The notes under the pieces: generated by a model | Told to the model about the DNA's origin: nothing | Seen by the model: the letters and a program-made list of their open reading frames with translations, nothing else | Databases searched by the model: none | Assembly (NCBI GenBank): GCA_964493555.1 | Contig: CAZBOQ010000045.1 | Span: 1 to 38,546, forward strand | Reading direction: 5' to 3' | Length of the DNA stretch: 38,546 bases | Source: an uncultured Gammaproteobacteria bacterium | GTDB lineage: Bacteria; Pseudomonadota; Gammaproteobacteria; JADZEE01 | Shown here: one piece after another, positions 1-8,546 of the stretch | Layout: every line of letters starts with the position of its first letter | Position numbering within the stretch: the stretch's first letter is position 1 | Position numbers and translations under genes: made by a program

Positions 1-306
1 ACGTCTCACCCACAAGCCGGGTTCTAGGCAGACGACGACGAGCAGGATCACATGCGCATTGCTGAACCACATTGCTGCCGCACCCAAATACCAGGCCATC
101 TCGAACACACCCAAGATGTGCGCTGTGCCGAGCACAGTGAGTGCCAATGTGACCGCGACCATGCTTACCGGAAGGCCCCTGCCGGCGAGTGCGAAACCAC
201 TTTCCTCGTCACCGTAGTTGGCGGTTTTCCGAGACAACCACCACCCGATGCCGCCAATCACGATCAACTCGTAGAGTAGAACCGCAATCAGCATCCCCGG
301 TTTCAT
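1..306 (-). CDS. Sodium:solute symporter (SSS) family transporter, N-terminal part; the gene runs off the left edge
   Basis: Absent from the supplied track because there is no stop inside the window. My hand translation of the reverse strand, from the ATG at complement 304-306, is open for all 102 codons: MKPGMLIAVLLYELIVIGGIGWWLSRKTANYGDEESGFALAGRGLPVSMVAVTLALTVLGTAHILGVFEMAWYLGAAAMWFSN... Hydrophobic helices flanking an F-x-LAGR-x-L segment are typical of SSS N-termini. It starts 7 nt after the IclR stop on the same strand. Confidence 0.6.
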   Translation of the reverse strand, partial: MKPGMLIAVLLYELIVIGGIGWWLSRKTANYGDEESGFALAGRGLPVSMVAVTLALTVLGTAHILGVFEMAWYLGAAAMWFSNAHVILLVVVCLEPGLWVRR

Positions 307-313
307 GTAAGTA

Positions 314-1093
314 CTACGGTAAGTTGCCCAGCGCCATCTCAATGGCCGTAGTGTGCTTTTTCAGCCCGTCTACTAGTTGATGTTGCGAACCATAGAACCG
401 GATGCTCGGGACCGGAACGGAGAGCGCAAGTTTACGGCCGAAAGGGTCACGGAGGAACGTTGCTACCGCACAAGTGCCGAGCTCATGTTCTTCCTGGGAG
501 AACGCGACTCCTTCTTCGCGGATTTCCTGTAATTGTTCCTTAATCGCGGCTTTGCTGGTCATCGTCCTCTGGGTTCTAGGAATAAGTCTATCGGGCAGTA
601 CGTTATCAAGCTCATCATCACTCAATTGCGCTAGAACGGCTTTGCCATGGGCGCAATCATATGGATTAAAGGTCATACCGACTCTGGTATTCGTGACGGA
701 TAATTGGTGCGTGTCAGTCCATATCTCATCGATAAACATCATCATTTTGCCGTCGAGCATGGAGAGATTTACACTTTCCCGCAATTCCTCCGAAAGCTCC
801 TGCATGTAGGGCCGGACAATCGCGTTGAAATCTGCATTCGCGGCCGTCACCAGTGGAACCAATCCTGGACCTAAGCGCACGCGTGCGTTAGGTGTAGCGG
901 GGGTTACAAATCGTTCCGTAGTCAACGCACCAACTATTCTTTGTACTGTTGATCGAGGTAAATCAACTTGTTTGGCAATCGCGCCGAGGCTCAATCCCTC
1001 CGGTCGGCCTTCGAGCGCTCTTAGAATTCGGGCTGCGCGTGCAATAACCTGGACCCCGGATCGCTGCTCGGCGGTGTTTGATTGGGTCTTCAT
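314..1093 (-). CDS. IclR-family transcriptional regulator
   Basis: 259 aa. N-terminal winged HTH (RILRALEGRPEGLSLGAIAKQVDLPRSTVQRIVGAL) followed by an IclR-type effector domain of typical length. It sits at the distal end of the ring-cleavage operon. Confidence 0.9.
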   Translation of the reverse strand: MKTQSNTAEQRSGVQVIARAARILRALEGRPEGLSLGAIAKQVDLPRSTVQRIVGALTTERFVTPATPNARVRLGPGLVPLVTAANADFNAIVRPYMQELSEELRESVNLSMLDGKMMMFIDEIWTDTHQLSVTNTRVGMTFNPYDCAHGKAVLAQLSDDELDNVLPDRLIPRTQRTMTSKAAIKEQLQEIREEGVAFSQEEHELGTCAVATFLRDPFGRKLALSVPVPSIRFYGSQHQLVDGLKKHTTAIEMALGNLP

Positions 1094-1155
1094 TGGGCGC
1101 GGAGGGTACCACCACTGAGGTTGAGAGGTACACCATCGCGGTGTGTTTGGTATTA

Positions 1156-2106
1156 TTAATACCCCGTAATATCATGCAGAAGTTTTTCGCCCAGACGAAC
1201 ACGGCGACAATTCTCTATTGCAATGTCGAGGCTTCGGGAAAGGGTTTCTGGTGTCAACCAGGACAAATGCGGCATCACAATCACGTTATCAAGTTGGAAC
1301 AGCTCGTTCTTCGGATCTACCGGTTCCTGTTGAAACACATCAAGTCCGGCAGCTCCAAGTTGACCAGACTTTAACGCAGCTACAAGCGCACACTCATCCA
1401 CTAACCCGCCACGCGCAGTGTTTATTAAAATTGCGCCACGACGCATACCTGCAATGCTCTTTGTATTGATAAGCCTCTCGGTACTGGGTACTAGAGGCAG
1501 ATGCAATGAGACGATATCCGACTCAGCCAACACCTCCTTACGCGGACGGGGCTCCCCTATTGCATCGTCTGCGGGCTCGATGTCGTTGTAAAGCACTCTC
1601 GCACCGAAGGCAGTTACGATCTTAGCGACCCGACGTCCGACTTCGCCATAACCAATCAAACCGACTGTACGGGCACCCAATTCTCCCATCCGGTCGATGC
1701 GCATTAAGTCTGCGGTCCAACCTCGCCCAAGGCGTGTTTCCTTGTCGAAATAGACCACTTGCCGAAGCGTGGCAAGTATCAGGGTCACCGAAAGTTCGGC
1801 GACAGCCTGACTGTTGGTCCCGGGCATGTTGGCAACCGCAATTCCATGTGCGGTTGCGGTCTCTAGATCGATGGTGTTTACTCCGACCCCGATTTTCTGG
1901 ATAAATTTGAGCCGTGGTGCGGCGACGATAACCTCAGCCGTTACGGGTTCAAGAGCGTGTAGCAGCACCTCGGCATCACTCATCTCCTCGGTAAAGCGCT
2001 GCTTGTCCGCTTCATCAATGATGACGATATCTAACCATGACGGACACGTTTTTTTCAGTCTGTCAGCGAAACCGGGACTGGCTCGATACTGCAGAACGGC
2101 TTTCAT
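1156..2106 (-). CDS. D-isomer-specific 2-hydroxyacid dehydrogenase family, NAD(P)-binding
   Basis: 316 aa. Rossmann motif GLIGYGEVGRRVA. Catalytic-region motifs NTARGGLVDE and VMPHLSW are typical of D-2-hydroxyacid dehydrogenases. 19 nt downstream of the FAH gene. Confidence 0.85.
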   Translation of the reverse strand: MKAVLQYRASPGFADRLKKTCPSWLDIVIIDEADKQRFTEEMSDAEVLLHALEPVTAEVIVAAPRLKFIQKIGVGVNTIDLETATAHGIAVANMPGTNSQAVAELSVTLILATLRQVVYFDKETRLGRGWTADLMRIDRMGELGARTVGLIGYGEVGRRVAKIVTAFGARVLYNDIEPADDAIGEPRPRKEVLAESDIVSLHLPLVPSTERLINTKSIAGMRRGAILINTARGGLVDECALVAALKSGQLGAAGLDVFQQEPVDPKNELFQLDNVIVMPHLSWLTPETLSRSLDIAIENCRRVRLGEKLLHDITGY

Positions 2107-2125
2107 TGCCGGAGCACTGAACGGT

Positions 2126-2980
2126 TCAAGCGTTACGGACAGGCACGTGCATTTCGCCGATCTTCGCAGCCCAGCAGTGCATTATGTCGCCATCGGTCAC
2201 CGGACCGACGCCTTCGGGCGTTCCGGTCATGATCACATCGCCCGGATACAGTGTATAAAAAGTAGAAGCGTAGGCGATGAGATCGGCGCAGGAAAAGATA
2301 AGCTTTTTGGTCGAGGACTTTTGCCGTAGCTCATCGCCGACGTGGATCGAAAACTCCAAATCGTCCGGATTATCGATCTCGTCCGCCGTTACCATCCATG
2401 GTCCCAATACCGCGTAGGAATCTATGGCTTTACGAAGACTTCGATCTTCGGTTCCGCGCACGGTCATGTCTAGACCGATCGAATATCCTGCGACGTAATC
2501 GAGCGCGTCCGCTTTGCTGATATCTTTGCCTTGTCTACCTATCACTATCGCTACTTCTACTTCATGGTCATTGCGACGCTCGGGGAACAACAGTGCGACT
2601 CCTTCGGAAGGGCCGACCAACACTGAGGTCTTAAGAAATAGCCCGTACTCTTCAATGGTTTTGATATCTTCGACGCCGAAATCACTAGATTGCTCTATGG
2701 CCTCCTGCTGATGGGCGTAATAGTTGACCGGGGCACCGATCACTTTGTTGGGATTTGCGACAGGGCTTAGCAAACCGACAGAAGCCAGATCAACAACAGG
2801 TGAGATTGCAACAACACGAGCGATCGCCTCGCGCACGCTTGCAAGGTTCGCTATAAATTGATCGCCAGGCGCTATTGGCCAATGCTGCGCGGGAAGTTCA
2901 TCGAGGACACTAGTTACATCGATGACCCGTTTGCCATCGACTACACCGAGTCGATTGTCATCAAAGCGACAAAGCTTCAT
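2126..2980 (-). CDS. Fumarylacetoacetate hydrolase (FAH) family protein; candidate fumarylpyruvate or maleylpyruvate hydrolase
   Basis: 284 aa. N-terminus MKLCRFDD..LGVV.. and C-terminal GDVIMTGTPEGVGPV are typical FAH-fold signatures. It lies immediately downstream of gentisate dioxygenase (15 nt gap). Substrate assignment is by context only. Confidence 0.8.
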   Translation of the reverse strand: MKLCRFDDNRLGVVDGKRVIDVTSVLDELPAQHWPIAPGDQFIANLASVREAIARVVAISPVVDLASVGLLSPVANPNKVIGAPVNYYAHQQEAIEQSSDFGVEDIKTIEEYGLFLKTSVLVGPSEGVALLFPERRNDHEVEVAIVIGRQGKDISKADALDYVAGYSIGLDMTVRGTEDRSLRKAIDSYAVLGPWMVTADEIDNPDDLEFSIHVGDELRQKSSTKKLIFSCADLIAYASTFYTLYPGDVIMTGTPEGVGPVTDGDIMHCWAAKIGEMHVPVRNA

Positions 2981-2995
2981 GTGGCTGGCATCGCG

Positions 2996-4051
2996 TTACT
3001 GTTCGTGCTTCTTTTCTTTGAACCAGCCCAATTTGTCGTGCACAGCTTTTTCTGAATAGCTGAACAGGAACGCGTCATCTTCTGCTTCATGGTGATGGGG
3101 GTACCAACTGGGGATCACGAAGACGTCCTGAGGAGCCCATTCTATAACCTCATTAGCGATGATGGTGCGTCCGTTTCCTTCGACTGGGCAGTAAACCCAG
3201 GCCGAGGTTGACTGATAAGTATTGGTGTCGAAACCCTTAGGTAGATATTGCATAAAAGTACTGAGCGTCGGCATGCAGGGTCCACCAGTGGTTGGATTGA
3301 TGTATTCGAGTTTGATGCCGTGGTGGGGATCGATTTCGCCGGTTTTACTCAGCGTTTCGAGTGCTCCGCGGGTTTTTACGTAAGGATAATGAAAAACGGG
3401 CGAACTTGAACTATTGAAGTTAGCACCCATGGGAAGCATGTTGGCACCGAACCGAGCCATGTTGTCACCACTCTTATAAGTCTCCGGGTGAAATTCATCC
3501 TGATAACTCTCCACGAACATCGGCCCGAGGTGGCGCACCAGTGGAATATCCAGGCCATCCAACCAAACCACCGGGACATCCCCCTCATGGCCGTGGTCGT
3601 GCCATACCCAGGACGGGGTTAGGATCAAATCGCCTGGTTCCATGTAGGATTTTTCGCCATTGATGGCGGTGAAGGCGCGCGTGCCCTCAACGATGAAACG
3701 CAACGCCGCCGGGCTATGCCGATGAGTGGGCGCTATCTCCCCGGGCATGATGAGTTGAAGTCCCGCATACAAGGACTCGGTGATGCAAGTTTTCCCGCGC
3801 ATTGCCGGGTTTTCGAGAACCATGACCCGCCGTTCTGCCTCGGCAGCACTGATCACGTTTGCGGATTCCAGAATAATCGACCGCAAGTTTTCGTATTTCC
3901 AGATATGAGGTATCGCCGCGGTTACAGGCTCGCGGGACAACACGGTGTGTAGGACTTCCCAGAGAGGCGTCATGTTATATTCGCTTAATTCGCTGTAGTA
4001 CTGCGCGCGAACGTCGGTAAGCTCGGGCTTCTTATCTAAAGCTCCGCTCAT
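2996..4051 (-). CDS. Gentisate 1,2-dioxygenase (bicupin)
   Basis: 351 aa. Motifs TPLWEVL, metal-binding cupin HRHSPAALRFIVEG and WHDHGHEG match the gentisate 1,2-dioxygenase family pattern as I know it. Confidence 0.85.
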   Translation of the reverse strand: MSGALDKKPELTDVRAQYYSELSEYNMTPLWEVLHTVLSREPVTAAIPHIWKYENLRSIILESANVISAAEAERRVMVLENPAMRGKTCITESLYAGLQLIMPGEIAPTHRHSPAALRFIVEGTRAFTAINGEKSYMEPGDLILTPSWVWHDHGHEGDVPVVWLDGLDIPLVRHLGPMFVESYQDEFHPETYKSGDNMARFGANMLPMGANFNSSSSPVFHYPYVKTRGALETLSKTGEIDPHHGIKLEYINPTTGGPCMPTLSTFMQYLPKGFDTNTYQSTSAWVYCPVEGNGRTIIANEVIEWAPQDVFVIPSWYPHHHEAEDDAFLFSYSEKAVHDKLGWFKEKKHEQ

Positions 4052-4211
4052 GTGGGCACCTCCTCGTACTAGCCTCGTGCAAGATTAGTTTACTGCAAAA
4101 CCTGTAGGAGCGTGCGAAGGCTCCAGGACGCACTATTTACGTGACGAGCGTTCTCCTGCCACCTCTGCGATCGGATGACCAATATTAGATAAGTGGCGTG
4201 AGAGGCGACTT

Positions 4212-5375
4212 TCACAACAGATAGCGTCCGTAGATTTCATGTGAGGTTTTCAATGAAAACAATGCATGCATGTTGATTGCGTGCAGGTCATGTGCGGCGA
4301 GTTGAATGCGACTGTTGTTTGCCAACCCGCGCCCGCCCGTCGCCACGTATAAAATTTCGGTGGCTTCCAAGCATAGGCGGACGGCATATGAACAATCCAT
4401 GCGAATTTTGGCTCTTACCTTAACTGGCATGAGAACGTTATTGGCTGCCGCCTCCTGCATCTCAGCGACACAGGAGTGAAGCAACAGACGGGCCGTGTCG
4501 GTTTTGGTGTGCGCCTCTGCGAGCTCGACATGGGTGGTTGTGCTTTCGCTCTGAAGTGCGCCGTTCATATGAGTTATCTCTCGACCCGGGAGCATGGTTA
4601 TGAAGTGCTCGCAAGCGCTACGCGCCATACCGAGTGCCGGTCCGGTCAGAAATATTGTCAGGGCAGGAACCAGTGCGTTGCGATAAAGGGTCGCGTCATG
4701 GAGCGCGATGCCAGGTGCGTTGCCTGCAATGGCAGGTTCCAACCACAGGACCCGATGTTCTGGTACCACGATCTTGTCGACGAGGACACTGTTACTACCG
4801 GTGCCCGCTAGGCCTCCGGCGTCCCAATCGTCCTGGATTGTGACTTCGTCTGGCTCCATCAGGAAAACCCCGGTTTTGATTACCTCGTCAGCATCATTTT
4901 TGACTAGCGCACCGAACATGAACCACGCGGCATGATGGCACCCGGAACAGAACGGGTAGAAACCAGTTACGGCATAACCCCCTCTCACCGGCTTGGCGTT
5001 ACCACGAGGGGCCAGCACCCCGGCTACCAAGTTTTCTGAGTCCGAGCCGAAGACATCATCCTGTGCGCGGTGAGGATATAACCCCATAAGCCATGAATGG
5101 GCTTGATAAACTGCCGTTACCCACGCGGTTGAACCGCAGGCAGTTGCAAGTTCTTCGGTGGTTTTAAGGTGGGTGTGCAGATCGTGCTGAAAACCGCCGT
5201 AACGCTTGGCTAATATAACCTTGAAGAGACCAGCGGCACGTAATGTCTCAATGTTTTTATCCAATACTCGGCGGTTAGCGATGGTGTCGAACGCGGTCTC
5301 GCTAAGGCGAGGGAGCTGGGCGACAGCGCTCCGTAAAACTTCAGTCGGGTTAGGTGCCTCTACGTACGCGCTCAT
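4212..5375 (-). CDS. Acyl-CoA-dehydrogenase-fold flavin-dependent monooxygenase (group D, HsaA/HpaB-C2-like oxygenase component)
   Basis: 387 aa with ACAD-like three-domain length and layout (...GGFQHDL...CGSTAWV...TGSNSV...). It is the first gene of the ring-cleavage operon. No flavin reductase gene is adjacent. Substrate unknown. Confidence 0.65.
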   Translation of the reverse strand: MSAYVEAPNPTEVLRSAVAQLPRLSETAFDTIANRRVLDKNIETLRAAGLFKVILAKRYGGFQHDLHTHLKTTEELATACGSTAWVTAVYQAHSWLMGLYPHRAQDDVFGSDSENLVAGVLAPRGNAKPVRGGYAVTGFYPFCSGCHHAAWFMFGALVKNDADEVIKTGVFLMEPDEVTIQDDWDAGGLAGTGSNSVLVDKIVVPEHRVLWLEPAIAGNAPGIALHDATLYRNALVPALTIFLTGPALGMARSACEHFITMLPGREITHMNGALQSESTTTHVELAEAHTKTDTARLLLHSCVAEMQEAAANNVLMPVKVRAKIRMDCSYAVRLCLEATEILYVATGGRGLANNSRIQLAAHDLHAINMHALFSLKTSHEIYGRYLL

Positions 5376-5667
5376 GACGACGGACCTGCAATTACGGCGT
5401 TGTTTTTCGGTTTGAACTGTACGTTCGAATCACGTTTTGAATTTGAAGGCCTCATCATGACGTGAGTTTCAGCTGTTGCACCGTTTTGCACAATAGAATA
5501 TCGCAATTCATTGTTTAAACCTCTAATGAGTCTTGCGTTGCACCGAGTTTGCCTGGTTGAGCAATTAGAACTTCAAGCCCGATCTCATTGTCAACGTCAG
5601 CCTAGTTTTACCTCGATCGCCATTCCGGCGAACGGGTGGGGGGAACGTCCTGTGTTACGATCCGTCG
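5376..5667. promoter_or_regulatory. Divergent control region between the ring-cleavage operon and the amine dehydrogenase cluster
   Basis: 292-bp non-coding gap between divergent genes. It contains an imperfect direct repeat: GTTGCACCGTTTTGCAC at 5475-5491 and GTTGCACCGAGTTTGCC at 5537-5553. No promoter elements could be assigned with confidence. Confidence 0.3.
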
Positions 5668-6852
5668 ATGCTTTATCCGACCAATCTCCCGGCCATGTGT
5701 CAAGCCATGTCGCGCATCAAGTTCTGCTTGATCGGAGCCCTGTGCATCCCATTTGCACTCTATGCAGAGTTGCAACCGGAACCACGAAGAGTCGCCACTT
5801 TGCCTGCGGCACCAGGGCCTCATTGGGTATGGGTTAACGATATCGTCTTTGCCCACATGCAAACCGGACAAGCCTATCTGATAAACGGAATGAACGGGGA
5901 ATTCCTCGGCGCACTGAGCACCGGACGGGCCCATCTTGCGCTTGCCTACCCGCGTGACTACAGCGAGATATACGTCGCCGAAAGTCACTTGGCGCGGACG
6001 ACGCGCGGCGAACGAACAGATGTGCTCGTGATCTATGATCCGCCGACACTCTCGCCGGTCGCCGAGGTGCTTATTCCCCCGAAGCGTGCTGAAAGCGTGC
6101 CGACTCTGCATCATGTTACGCTCAGCGACGATGACCGTTTCTTACTGATTTACAACTTCGACCCCGCACAATCAGTCAGTGTGGTGGATGTTAAAGCGCG
6201 AAAATTCGTTGGAGAGATAGAAACTTCCGGCTGCGCCCTGATCTATCCTTCTGGTCCCCGGCGTTTTCATATGCTCTGTGCTGATGGCACGATGCTGAAT
6301 GTGGCGTTTGATGATGTCGGTAATGTCGTCAACAAAGTGCGAACGGCCCAATTTTTTGACCCGGACGACGACTTTATTCTCGAGAAAGCGGTGCGGGATC
6401 GCGATCAATGGTTATTCACGTCCGACCAAAGCAACATTTACTCGGTAGACGTTTCCGGTGATATACCGGAGTTTGGTACACCGTGGCCGCTACTAAATGA
6501 TGAACAACGTGCACATGGCTGGCGGATCGGTGGAACACAACTTCTCGCCGCGCACGTTCAAAGCCGCCGTTTGTTTGTGCTGATGCACCAGGGCGGCGCA
6601 GACAGCAGCAAACATCCCGGCAATGAGGTCTGGGTATATAACCTTGATACGAAACAGCATCTCCAGCGGTTTGAGCTGAAGAGTATCGCCACTTCGATCC
6701 AAGTCAGTCAGGACCCGGCACCACTTTTATATACCGCATTTGGAGGAGGACCTGGGTTACAGGTCTACGACGCCGGAACCGGAACGCACTTGCGCGCTGT
6801 CACTGAGTTAGGTGCGAGTCCGACGGTATTGCAGACACCGGTTGGGCCGTGA
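5668..6852 (+). CDS. mauB: TTQ-dependent amine dehydrogenase, large (heavy) subunit
   Basis: 394 aa with the length and character of a beta-propeller protein. It is followed by mauE, mauD and mauA homologues in the canonical order. The true start may be ATG 5695 or 5707, which gives the signal peptide MSRIKFCLIGALCIPFALYA. The stop overlaps the mauE start. Confidence 0.8.
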   Translation: MLYPTNLPAMCQAMSRIKFCLIGALCIPFALYAELQPEPRRVATLPAAPGPHWVWVNDIVFAHMQTGQAYLINGMNGEFLGALSTGRAHLALAYPRDYSEIYVAESHLARTTRGERTDVLVIYDPPTLSPVAEVLIPPKRAESVPTLHHVTLSDDDRFLLIYNFDPAQSVSVVDVKARKFVGEIETSGCALIYPSGPRRFHMLCADGTMLNVAFDDVGNVVNKVRTAQFFDPDDDFILEKAVRDRDQWLFTSDQSNIYSVDVSGDIPEFGTPWPLLNDEQRAHGWRIGGTQLLAAHVQSRRLFVLMHQGGADSSKHPGNEVWVYNLDTKQHLQRFELKSIATSIQVSQDPAPLLYTAFGGGPGLQVYDAGTGTHLRAVTELGASPTVLQTPVGP

Positions 6853-7388
6853 TGTTGGATCCGGTAATGCACCTCGTTATTGAGATCTCACTAGGGATGT
6901 TGTTCTTGTTCGCCTGCGTACAGAAACTGCGCGCACCTGGGGTTTTCGCAAGCACGCTTGCGGATTACCAAATCTTGCCGGTGGCGCTACTCATACCGTG
7001 TAGCTGGATGATCGTTGCCGCAGAGGCGTTCGCGGGGGCAGGGCTATTAAGCCGTGTTTTGGTGACGCCGAGTCTTAAGACTGGGGTTATTTTACTGCTC
7101 GGTTACAGCGCCGGTATTGCCCTTAACCTGCTCCGTGGGCGCCGGTACATCGATTGTGGCTGCACCGGACCAGCCAACCGCCAGACGATCAGTGAGTGGC
7201 TGGTCGTTCGCAATCTCACGTTGGCAGGCGCTGGGATGTTATGCATAGAGTCCGGGGTGGAACGTGAGTTAGGCGTTGTCGATTACACCACTGTCTTTTT
7301 TGGTCTGGTCGTGGCCAGTTTGGTCTACGCAAGTGTAAATTTTCTGATTGCAAGCGGACCGAAGCTTCGGCAGTTGCGGGGGTTATGA
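6849..7388 (+). CDS. mauE: MauE-like membrane protein (amine dehydrogenase small-subunit maturation)
   Basis: 179 aa with about four hydrophobic helices and a YIDCGCTGP motif. Start is GTG 6849 or ATG 6852, overlapping the mauB stop. The stop overlaps the mauD ATG (ATGA). Confidence 0.8.
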   Translation: MMLDPVMHLVIEISLGMLFLFACVQKLRAPGVFASTLADYQILPVALLIPCSWMIVAAEAFAGAGLLSRVLVTPSLKTGVILLLGYSAGIALNLLRGRRYIDCGCTGPANRQTISEWLVVRNLTLAGAGMLCIESGVERELGVVDYTTVFFGLVVASLVYASVNFLIASGPKLRQLRGL

Positions 7389-8011
7389 TGGAGAGTGCGT
7401 TGTTAGTGTCGAATATGGTGCTGTGGATAGCTATGATTGCTTTAGGTGTCGCGGTGTTAGCGTTGACCCGGCAGATCGGTATTCTTTATGAGCGAGTGGC
7501 CCCTGCCGGTGCATTGATGGTTGGACAAGGTCCGAAAGTTGGAGAAACTGCTCCCGAGTTTGAATTAGAGAATCTGAACGGTCAGAAAATACATCTTGGT
7601 GGCGTTTCGGCTTCCGCGCGCACAACATTGCTCTTTTTTCTGTCACCGACCTGCCCAGTCTGCAATACACTTCTACCTGTTTTGAAGTCCATGCGTCGTA
7701 GCGAATCGAAATGGCTGGACGTGATACTTGCCAGCGACGGGGAACAGGAGCGCCAAGAGGCGTTTATTAAGAAGAAAGAGCTTAGGGAATTCCCCTATAT
7801 ATTGTCGATGGAACTCGGGATGACGTATCAAGTGGCAAAACTACCGTTCGGCGTGTTATTGGATGAGGAGGGCGTGGTTCGCGCCAAGGGATTGGTCAAC
7901 TCGCGGGAGCACTTAGAGAGCTTATTTGAAGCAAAGGAGCGCGGCGTCGCATCGATTCAGGAGTATTTAAGCGACAACGAGCAAGAGCTCAATATTGGTG
8001 AACGCCGCTAG
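7385..8011 (+). CDS. mauD: MauD-like thioredoxin-fold (thiol:disulfide) protein
   Basis: 208 aa. N-terminal membrane anchor and thioredoxin-type CPVC motif (LSPTCPVCN). Its position between mauE and mauA is canonical. Confidence 0.8.
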   Translation: MMESALLVSNMVLWIAMIALGVAVLALTRQIGILYERVAPAGALMVGQGPKVGETAPEFELENLNGQKIHLGGVSASARTTLLFFLSPTCPVCNTLLPVLKSMRRSESKWLDVILASDGEQERQEAFIKKKELREFPYILSMELGMTYQVAKLPFGVLLDEEGVVRAKGLVNSREHLESLFEAKERGVASIQEYLSDNEQELNIGERR

Positions 8012-8027
8012 GTTTGGAAAAGACGCC

Positions 8028-8546
8028 ATGAAATGGATAGACGAATACGCAGAACACTCAGGACGCCAACTTGCACGCAGGACATCGCGGAGAAGTTTCT
8101 TGTCAAACCTTGGAACGTTACTAGTTGGCGCCACTGCCTTACCACTGTTACCGGTGGCACGCGGGGGAGATTACAACTCTTCAACTGACGCAGGTGATCC
8201 GGGCGATCCGCAGAGCTGCGATTATTGGCGATATTGCGGTATCAGTGGTTTTCTGTGCTCTTGCTGTGGCGGTAGCAAAAATAGCTGCCCACCTGGGACT
8301 GAAGTGTCGCCGATCACGTGGATCGGTACCTGCCGGAATCCAGCAGACGACAAACATTATGTGATTTCGTACAACGACTGCTGTGGCAAGAGCGGCTGCG
8401 GCAGGTGTTCCTGCCATCGCGATGAGGGCGCAAGGCCGCTCTACCGCCCGGGGCTGGCTAACGAATATAACTGGTGCATGGGTACCAAAAGCCAAGCCTA
8501 CACCTGCTCAACCGCCTATGTGATTGGTACTTCGCTAGAGTCATGA
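8028..8546 (+). CDS. mauA: TTQ-dependent amine dehydrogenase, small (light) subunit
   Basis: The track ORF starts at TTG 7995, but ATG 8028 (MKWIDEY...) is more plausible. Twin-arginine signal RRTSRRSFLSNLG...LPVARG. The mature part is cysteine-rich (CDYWRYCGISGFLCSCCGG...). Two Trp residues (ITWIGTC and EYNWCMG) are exactly 51 residues apart. From memory, this matches the Trp57/Trp108 spacing of the TTQ pair in Paracoccus MADH. Confidence 0.85.
   Translation: MKWIDEYAEHSGRQLARRTSRRSFLSNLGTLLVGATALPLLPVARGGDYNSSTDAGDPGDPQSCDYWRYCGISGFLCSCCGGSKNSCPPGTEVSPITWIGTCRNPADDKHYVISYNDCCGKSGCGRCSCHRDEGARPLYRPGLANEYNWCMGTKSQAYTCSTAYVIGTSLES

Noticed and set aside
52-380. Plus-strand ORFs 52-279 and 189-380 at the left edge
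   Set aside because: The opposite strand encodes an uninterrupted membrane-transporter N-terminus with an SSS-type motif. The plus-strand products are Cys/His/Arg-rich and motif-free.
5474-5491. Sigma-54-like promoter (TTGCACCGTTTTGCAC resembles TGGCAC-N5-TTGC)
   Set aside because: The essential -24 GG is TG here and the -24/-12 spacing is one nucleotide short. I keep it only as part of a direct repeat.
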